Of a DNA stretch of 64,000 nt, positions 58,501 to 64,000 are shown one piece after another (position 1 is the stretch's first letter; each line of letters begins with the position of its first letter). The stretch is from a virus. The stretch spans positions 1-64,000 of IMG/VR virus record IMGVR_UViG_3300034072_000375. One strand, written 5' to 3'. The position numbers and the translations under genes are program-made. The notes beneath the pieces were generated by a model. That model saw only the letters and a program-made list of their open reading frames with translations, did no database searches and had not been told where the DNA came from.

Positions 58501-61151
58501 CGACCAATACCGGAGGATTTACCTAGTAGTCTAAGCAGGCGCTCTTCAGCATCAGCAAGTTTTTCTGTGAGGGCTGTTTGCTTTTCAGCAGCAATGGCCG
58601 CTTCATATTTAGAGATTACGTCTTGTTTTTGAGTAGCCGTCAGTTTTTCAAATCTAGGGTCAGAACGAACTTCCAGAAGTTTTTGTTCAGACTTTGTAAG
58701 CTCTTGAGCAGCGGTATTAGCAGCGATTGTATTATTCGTTGCTTCACGCATTAAGGTTGCAAAGTAGTTAGCTTCTTTACTACCAAGCTTCTCTTGCGCC
58801 TTATCCCACTCTTCCCCATAGACTTTGAAGAATTGCTTAATTCTATCCGTATTCAGGGTTGTAGACTCATATTTACCGGCATTCTCCAGAACACCAAGCT
58901 CTTGTATCTTGGCGTTGATGAAGTCTTGACGCCTCATCTTACTAGCGTCAGCTTTATTCAACTGCTTGTCAAACTCAGACAATGCACCTGAGAACTGCTG
59001 GTAGGCTGCTGCTTCATCTTTCACAGCCTGTCTATTAGCAGCCGACTGCGCTTGCGTTAAAGTCTTTGCTTCCAACAGTGCAATTTCTTGCTTCAGTGCT
59101 ACGTTTTCTGGGACATTCTCACTAACACCTGCAGCCAGAGACTTTGCTAGTCTTTCTTTCTTATTGATTAGTTCTAGAGCATCCGAAGTTCCTGGGGCGA
59201 TGTTAGTAACATCCCACATCCAACGACCGAGTATTTTCCAACCAGCAACCAGCTTTTCCAGTGGATGAAGTTGATCCCTCAAAGACTGAGACTGCTTGTC
59301 CATGACACCAGCACTAATCTTCATTGCAAGATTAACAGCGTCTTGTGACCTGCCCTGCTTTTGCAGTTGCTCTACGGACTTGATTTGTTCAACAGTGAGT
59401 TCACCTGTCTTTTTAGACAGTTCAAGCAAAGCCTTAACGGGGTCTTTACCTAACTCTGAAAACTGCTTTACGGTGTCCTTGATAGCAACACCAGCATAGT
59501 CCTGCATGGCGATGGCTGCTCTAGAAACTAGTCCGATTTGATCAGCGGTAAAGCCCCCAACCTTGGACATTTCTGTCATGACTTCAATGATACCGAGCGT
59601 AGATACATTGGCACTGCTCAGTGTATCCGCATAGGCCAAAGCTTGTGCTCCGGTCATATTGAACGCATTGCCGCCGAGAACCATAGCTTTATTTAAGTCC
59701 GACACAGCAATCATGCTATCGTAGGCACCCTTTGCCATCATGGCTAGACCAGCTATAACTACGCCTACGCCTACAGCAAAGACACCCGTCATGATGCTGC
59801 TGATAGTTTGAATCATTCCTCCGAACTTGGAAGGACCATTTTCGGACAGTTTCATGTACAACTTGTCCATAGCACCAGTCATTCCGAAGATACCTGCAAT
59901 GAAGCCCTGAGTGGCATTACCTGCGGCTATCAGCCCATCCACAATCAGTCCGCCAACACCCTTTACAACAGTACGGATGGAAGGGAGCATACTAGAAAAA
60001 GCTTCTTTAACGGTTTTACCAAAATCAGCGGCTGCTACACCTGATAATTGGAACATATCGTTGACCTGGGCACCTTGTTGTAACAGAACTGTAAGAGGGG
60101 ACTGTCCAGACCAAAGAGATACAGCCACGTCACTGATCTGAGGAGTTAAAGCTCGGGTTAGATGCTGTGCCCTACGCTTCTCTTCAACAGCCGCAACCTG
60201 TGCAAGCTGTGCCTTGTAAGTAGCAAGTTTTTGAGTGGCTACATCCTGTGATACGCCTGACTTACGCAACGCGGATTCATACTTTACAAGCGAATCCGTA
60301 CCTGCTTTATCCAGGGCAGCGTTGGAAGTGTTCAATGCAGCAGCCATCTTTTGATCTGCTTGTGTCAGATAGTTTGTGGCGTTTACAGCTTCTTTACGAC
60401 TCTTAATCACCGCATCTTCTGCGGAAGTCATCTTGTTGTAAGAAGTAGCAAGATTTACATATTCAGCATTGTGAGCACGAACAGCCTGGCGAATTTCAGA
60501 GAAAGACGCCCCCTCCACTTTCATCTTTTCAATTAGGCGCTCTTTGTCACGAGCCAGTTCACGAGTCTGCTTTGCCGTAAGATTGGAGTCCGTAGCATAC
60601 TGACGGACAGATTCTTTCAGTTCAGTGTATTGGTTTTGCAGAGACTTCAGACCAGACAAGGATTTGTCAAATGGATCGCCTCCCATCAACTTGCGTTGAG
60701 TCTCAAGTACTTTACCGAGTTCGCCAATATCCTCGGCAGCAAGCCCAGCAGCCTTAGCGTAAGCTAAGATACTTGATTGACCTTTTGAAAACCCCTGAGT
60801 CTGGAACTCAAGAATGTCTTTCTGTCGTTGGAGTACACCAACATTCTTGTTAACTACTTCGTTTACTTTTTCGGTAGCTTTGGTTTTCTTTTCAATTGCC
60901 GCAGTAGCTTGCTGATCTGCCTTGTCTGCCGTGATAGTACTCTTCAGGCGAACGTCTTGAGCTTTAGCATTGTCGAGATTGGCCTTGGCGTTATCCTTTG
61001 CTGCACGAGCAAGGGTAGCTTCAGTCTGAGCAGCATCTCTTGCTGCTTTATCAAGTTTACCTACGTTGGTTACTAGTTCACCGATAGCCTTACCTGCGCG
61101 GTCAAGTTCAGAGGTATCGACTTTGAAGGAAATGGTCGAGAGGTCGAGCAT
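55551..61151 (-). CDS. Tail tape measure protein
   Basis: About 1866 aa, Ala-rich and helical. Lambda-type QISDVAVSLWSGQSPLTVLLQQGAQ and DPVKAL motifs. ATG at 61151. Confidence 0.93.
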   Translation of the reverse strand: MLDLSTISFKVDTSELDRAGKAIGELVTNVGKLDKAARDAAQTEATLARAAKDNAKANLDNAKAQDVRLKSTITADKADQQATAAIEKKTKATEKVNEVVNKNVGVLQRQKDILEFQTQGFSKGQSSILAYAKAAGLAAEDIGELGKVLETQRKLMGGDPFDKSLSGLKSLQNQYTELKESVRQYATDSNLTAKQTRELARDKERLIEKMKVEGASFSEIRQAVRAHNAEYVNLATSYNKMTSAEDAVIKSRKEAVNATNYLTQADQKMAAALNTSNAALDKAGTDSLVKYESALRKSGVSQDVATQKLATYKAQLAQVAAVEEKRRAQHLTRALTPQISDVAVSLWSGQSPLTVLLQQGAQVNDMFQLSGVAAADFGKTVKEAFSSMLPSIRTVVKGVGGLIVDGLIAAGNATQGFIAGIFGMTGAMDKLYMKLSENGPSKFGGMIQTISSIMTGVFAVGVGVVIAGLAMMAKGAYDSMIAVSDLNKAMVLGGNAFNMTGAQALAYADTLSSANVSTLGIIEVMTEMSKVGGFTADQIGLVSRAAIAMQDYAGVAIKDTVKQFSELGKDPVKALLELSKKTGELTVEQIKSVEQLQKQGRSQDAVNLAMKISAGVMDKQSQSLRDQLHPLEKLVAGWKILGRWMWDVTNIAPGTSDALELINKKERLAKSLAAGVSENVPENVALKQEIALLEAKTLTQAQSAANRQAVKDEAAAYQQFSGALSEFDKQLNKADASKMRRQDFINAKIQELGVLENAGKYESTTLNTDRIKQFFKVYGEEWDKAQEKLGSKEANYFATLMREATNNTIAANTAAQELTKSEQKLLEVRSDPRFEKLTATQKQDVISKYEAAIAAEKQTALTEKLADAEERLLRLLGKSSGIGRQYYTDMANMEKDAALLGKSREEIEELTRAIFMATPAWKDYEKALEDVNSAARKFNEDSLASQAATLKENESLDYRLSLLGKTAEEQRALSIEYNRANKLREVDIKLAKQLREIEEKIAKAKKDGLPESDYQSLIDAQVQARKDAAEQEKAINREVAVQYAEDLQKEFDAIKNGISDSIVTALFEGGKAGSKKFRDLVMAELRKPVTMVVNAVVNTVLGSLVGNLLGGATASAAGSAGGSLLGSLGGSVLTSAGSSLLGMTAFTTGLGNIGTGVSLGLGLGSSTAAASAAAAAGGATTSAGLLSGIGNAIAAVPVWGWIAAGLGAIATMLDDSGTLHTGGASRYSRSGGLTSGNSGAAFDIGFGQVETGKETISAMETLSKSLVEIFDGIAKTFGKTAGYEVAVAFADDTSKDGAWGAFGVRLQGVEILNWDDFRQSKWAPKEFGDGEEGYKQYLAAIAKDTRQVLLNMDLPSWADQILTDLGESASIESLSTAIQQIGVIKGVFNTLTTTLVELSGASDETLAALMTLSGGIEALRANATTYYQNFYSAEEQRANVQKQLAKSFKELGLSMIDIDATDARQQFRDLVEAQDLTTESGREVYAALLAIAGTFASVTTEVTGSITTVADALNALRNETRSVEDIARNILSLEQAVFESQNSGNIEVLRNNILQGLTEQERVLQRQLWAIEDTRTAQDKLVSAYKGQVTALDSSINRLRTYSDSLKKFKDSLTLGELSPLTPSEQYAEAKRQYESNLALAMVGDVGAQNALQGSITAFLQASRTYNASSSQYTSDFNTAQAGLDFIASITQDQANNEQILRDAAVSQLELLGSIDESVTAVGELISSGFIELSNAILTGLSLGITPNQGVLDAVNNGLGGGQSSYYSSLHTTKSQSNQPIAIIPVNQASAMQSDSQGLVSLNSQLVEEVRNLTAQVILLRSERQQDTRSQTQILATATTEAGTAVTEAINKSNYTQQVISGAKLN

Positions 61152-61241
61152 AAGTTTCTTTCTTTTTGTTGTTTTTGTTATTGACAACACAAAAGTTGTC
61201 TGCTACAGTCAAGTCTTCTTTACTTAACCAAGGAGTTCAAA

Positions 61242-61542
61242 ATGAAATTTATTAAGGCTGCTGTTCTGATTGTATTTCTCTGTCCCTGTAATCAGTGCAG
61301 CTATTGGAACAGAAGAACTTTGCAATCTGTCTGCAGAACGCTCTGTAGAACTAAAGCATTTTTTCAATAGTCATCCAGAGGCATTTTCTAGATTCCTTGA
61401 AAAGAACCAACAATCTAAGTATGATGCAAAGTTCAAAGCTCGTCTTCGTGAACGTGCTTATTGGGTGTATAATCGTCGCACTCTGTCTGACGAAGATATT
61501 CAACGCCTTTCATTTATTCAATGCTTAATTGAAATGAAGTAA
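61242..61542 (+). pseudogene. Antisense moron gene (secreted-protein-like) split by a frameshift
   Basis: Promoter TTGACA..TACAGT (61181-61209), SD AGGAG, ATG 61242 MKFIKAAVLIVFL. The coding continuation SVPVISAAIG... lies in the +1 frame. Confidence 0.5.
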
Positions 61543-61600
61543 TTCTTCATTTAGAGTCTCTTGGAAACTTTAGATGAAGAACGCCCCTTGCGGGGCTATT

Positions 61601-61999
61601 CTATTTCTTACCTGTACTTTTCTGCTTAGCTTTGGCTTGTTCCTTTGCCTGCTGTTTTTGGTAATGCTGCATGGCTATCTTATCGAATGCCTCGATTACT
61701 TCTATTTCTACAGGGTCTGGTACAATACCCATGAGTTCAAAAAACGCAAGCATCTCAGAGTAAGGTATAGCAGAAATACCCATTCCAGAAGGTCTGCGAT
61801 TGGACAGGCGGATAAACCATATCCAGTACTCTCTCATGCAATCTGGTAACTCAACCAAGTCTTCTAATTCTTTAGGGACTCTTTTAAGTTGCCTTTGAGC
61901 ACTCAGGAGGTTGTCTCGCTTGGTATTTCCATGAGCATCAACCTCTGACATTTCAAACTCTTGCTCAGCGTAAAGTAAAGCTTGTTCTAGGTCTTCATC
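61601..61999 (-). CDS. Tail assembly chaperone, C-terminal (T-like) frame
   Basis: W.WF..LS.RR..G....IPYSE..AF..L.G..P...E motif. The frame is open from the slippery site at about 62000. Confidence 0.75.
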   Translation of the reverse strand, partial: DEDLEQALLYAEQEFEMSEVDAHGNTKRDNLLSAQRQLKRVPKELEDLVELPDCMREYWIWFIRLSNRRPSGMGISAIPYSEMLAFFELMGIVPDPVEIEVIEAFDKIAMQHYQKQQAKEQAKAKQKSTGKK

Positions 62000-62402
62000 G
62001 AAAAAACCCAGTCAGGTCGTCGGAGTTTTCGAGGACTTGTTCTCGAATCCAAGGGTTATCCTTCAAGACGCGAGTGGCGTTTTCAACTGTGAATGGGACA
62101 GGCTGACCATCTTCTTCGATACCACGCCATGAGATAATACGTACCACTGCACGTTCAACTGCAAGCATTTCCAACTCTTCGATGCTCATGTCAGCGTCCT
62201 TATTCTTGCCCCTTGCAATCTTCTCTCGCTTTTGCATGTCGTTCACGACCTTACGGGCGTGATTTTGAACAGTACGGGAATCCTTACCGCGTACACGAAC
62301 CCATGCATCAAGACCTTCACCAGTGGCCGGGTGGACAAGTTCAATATCAATGCCGGATTCGCTAACTTCGCTCACATTCAAAACAGACAAATTCAATGCC
62401 AT
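61995..62402 (-). CDS. Tail assembly chaperone (G-like)
   Basis: ELVHP.TGE...RG.DS...W.GI...PFT.ENA...PWIREQV. Ends GGG TTT TTT CGA TGA. Confidence 0.85.
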   Translation of the reverse strand: MALNLSVLNVSEVSESGIDIELVHPATGEGLDAWVRVRGKDSRTVQNHARKVVNDMQKREKIARGKNKDADMSIEELEMLAVERAVVRIISWRGIEEDGQPVPFTVENATRVLKDNPWIREQVLENSDDLTGFFR

Positions 62403-62492
62403 AGTAATTTCCTTTCTGTTGGTTAAAATAAAAAGCCCTCTCTCTTTATGTCATAGGGCTTTGTGATGAGGTTTATTACCACATCATTTGTC

Positions 62493-62522
62493 TATTATAC
62501 CACACAGAAAGGAATATTGCAA
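62493..62522 (-). promoter_or_regulatory. Sigma70-type promoter downstream of the GIY-YIG insert
   Basis: TTGCAA-17 nt-TATAAT with extended TG on the minus strand. Confidence 0.65.
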
Positions 62523-62523
62523 G

Positions 62524-63600
62524 CTAATTAACCAACCTCCAGCCTTTACAACTCTTGTTTGGATTCTTTGGTTGAACTAGCGTATCAAAGGTGTGCCCGA
62601 ACTTTTCTTTAAACTCCATACGAGTACCTTTGAAAACTTCCCCGCTTTTGTGCTGGAGACTGTAAACGTTTCTATCCCTATTAGATGTTCGCGTAGCCTC
62701 CGCCTCTTTTTCTGCCAAGCACCAATCTTTAACCGAAAAAGCGGTTTTACAATTAACAAAAAGAGTCCAAACATCTATATTATAAACCTGTTTAAATTCT
62801 GATCTTGTTCCTTCAAATATCTCTCCGGTTTTAAGGTTTTTGAACTCATAAGTATTTTTATCCGCACGAGCACACCTCTCCCCTTTTAATGGATTTAGTA
62901 AATGCTCTATGGAAAACTTATCTAATGTCTCTGACATAGCCCAACCCTTGAGGGTTCTTCTATTGCCACTAATTAAATCTGAAATATTAACTCCTACGAG
63001 ATTCTTGTCAAATTCTACCAACTCGTGGCGAGTAAAATTGAAAGTCTTGCCGGTTAAAAGCTGTACAAAAGTATACACTTTATTGTCAACCCTTTTTCCA
63101 TACTTTCCAGCATATCCGAAGGTAGATGCTAAGACTTCATCTTTTGTGAGAAAACCCTCTACCGCCCAATTTTTGCTTGTTTTCGAAAATCCAGCCATTA
63201 TTCCGTTCAACTGTACTTCAGGGAATTTCTTATTAAATTGTGCCCTGGTTCCTATAAATTGTTCTCCGGTTTTTAAGTTGTGAAATGTATAAATTTCTCG
63301 GTCTAGTCTAGGGCTTGCCTCCCCAGAAACACCATCACCACCGGCTTTTAGGTTTACTAAAGGACCGTCACCTGTGTTGCGCCTTCCGTAATAGTCAATT
63401 AGAAGTGTTTCAAGTTCAAGTGCGTACCATTCTTGCAAATTGTCTGCAACTATCTCTACGGTACATCCGTGTTTTTCATAAACAGCTTCCCAGAATGGGT
63501 TTCGGTTATTGAACACCCACGCACGATCACGACAACCCTTACCGACATAGAAAACTTCTCCAGTTGTCTTCTTCTTGTGCAAATATACATAAAAATCCAC
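62524..63600 (-). CDS. GIY-YIG homing endonuclease with four tandem DNA-binding repeats
   Basis: FYVYLH...FYVGKG..RA, E..LI..YG and LVN..GG. Repeated Y.F.NLKTGE.F.GTR.EF units. Confidence 0.85.
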   Translation of the reverse strand: MDFYVYLHKKKTTGEVFYVGKGCRDRAWVFNNRNPFWEAVYEKHGCTVEIVADNLQEWYALELETLLIDYYGRRNTGDGPLVNLKAGGDGVSGEASPRLDREIYTFHNLKTGEQFIGTRAQFNKKFPEVQLNGIMAGFSKTSKNWAVEGFLTKDEVLASTFGYAGKYGKRVDNKVYTFVQLLTGKTFNFTRHELVEFDKNLVGVNISDLISGNRRTLKGWAMSETLDKFSIEHLLNPLKGERCARADKNTYEFKNLKTGEIFEGTRSEFKQVYNIDVWTLFVNCKTAFSVKDWCLAEKEAEATRTSNRDRNVYSLQHKSGEVFKGTRMEFKEKFGHTFDTLVQPKNPNKSCKGWRLVN

Positions 63601-63656
63601 ACCAAAACTCCTTTCAGAAATGAAAAATCCTCCTAAAGCCCGAAAGCAATAGGAGG

Positions 63657-63685
63657 ATTATAGCACACTAAATTTTAGGTGTCAA
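63657..63685 (-). promoter_or_regulatory. Consensus sigma70 promoter for the GIY-YIG gene
   Basis: TTGACA-17 nt-TATAAT with extended TG, overlapping the terminator hairpin at 63623-63660. Confidence 0.8.
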
Positions 63686-63686
63686 C

Positions 63687-64000
63687 TTACAGGGAGGTAT
63701 CTTGAATCAATAGAGTAGACTCAACAAGTCCCGTGGTGGTATTGCTATTCAATAGAGCAGTAAAGGAGTGGTCGCGGGTGATGCCCATTTCGCCATCGGA
63801 CGGATTATTAGACGACAGTTTCACGACTGGCATAGAGAAAGAAACAACTTCTGCATCTTTTTCTTCTCCTGTTGCAAGAGCAACAACAACACTGATTCGT
63901 GCTTCATCGTCAAAGTAATCTCGGAAAGTTCCATCTTGAAAATAAGTGCTCATATTTCCAGACACCCGAATTCTTCCGGTGAATATATCAGCATTGAAAT
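63687..64000 (-). CDS. Major tail tube protein, C-terminal part (5'-truncated by the window edge)
   Basis: GRIRVSG.MSTYFQD..F...F..E...F.MP.VK...FTAL...IQD, upstream of the chaperones. Confidence 0.8.
   Translation of the reverse strand, partial: FNADIFTGRIRVSGNMSTYFQDGTFRDYFDDEARISVVVALATGEEKDAEVVSFSMPVVKLSSNNPSDGEMGITRDHSFTALLNSNTTTGLVESTLLIQDTSL

Noticed and set aside
57490-61076. Plus-strand ORFs antisense to the tape measure gene (and similar shadow ORFs elsewhere)
   Set aside because: They are shadow frames of long genes, with no SD or recognisable motifs.
1-64000. CRISPR or TIGR-like repeat-spacer array
   Set aside because: No run of equal-length repeats with unique spacers was seen. 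The GATAAT cluster is irregular and the periodic elements are dispersed singly.

Overview
This window is part of a lytic tailed dsDNA phage genome with siphovirus-type architecture and about 40% GC by eye; no integrase or repressor is visible. The host is Gram-negative, because the lysis cassette includes Rz/Rz1 spanins. Layout: (i) 1-3.7 kb (+): HTH protein, Mom-like DNA acetyltransferase, N6A/N4C methyltransferase and an HNH homing endonuclease. (ii) 3.7-7.9 kb: repeat-rich, probable genome-end/early region. (iii) 4.2-16.1 kb (-): small early/host-takeover ORFs, a SleB-like hydrolase and a chimeric HNH gene. (iv) 16.1-16.8 kb: a roughly 550-nt highly structured non-coding divergence region. 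(v) 16.8-47.8 kb (+): DNA/nucleotide metabolism, including phosphatase, PcfJ-like protein, two deaminases, kinase/ligase/phosphoesterase RNA-repair genes, HU-like protein, primase-helicase, family B-type DNA polymerase, SSB, tRNA-Arg plus a degenerate tRNA, 5'-3' exonuclease, endonuclease VII, MazG-like protein, Acb2 anti-CBASS protein, ThyX, NrdAB, thioredoxin and a second RNA ligase. (vi) 47.8-64 kb (-): lysis cassette and tail module (fibre, tip proteins, tape measure, frameshifted chaperones, GIY-YIG insert, tail tube 3' end). The most notable observations are the structured non-coding element next to an HNH gene fused to a polymerase-like remnant split by an in-frame amber codon, at least eight dispersed 100-120 bp elements with 10-11 bp periodicity resembling strong gyrase sites, and a non-canonical (-2/+1) tail chaperone frameshift. 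All calls come from motif recognition by eye; no database searches were run.
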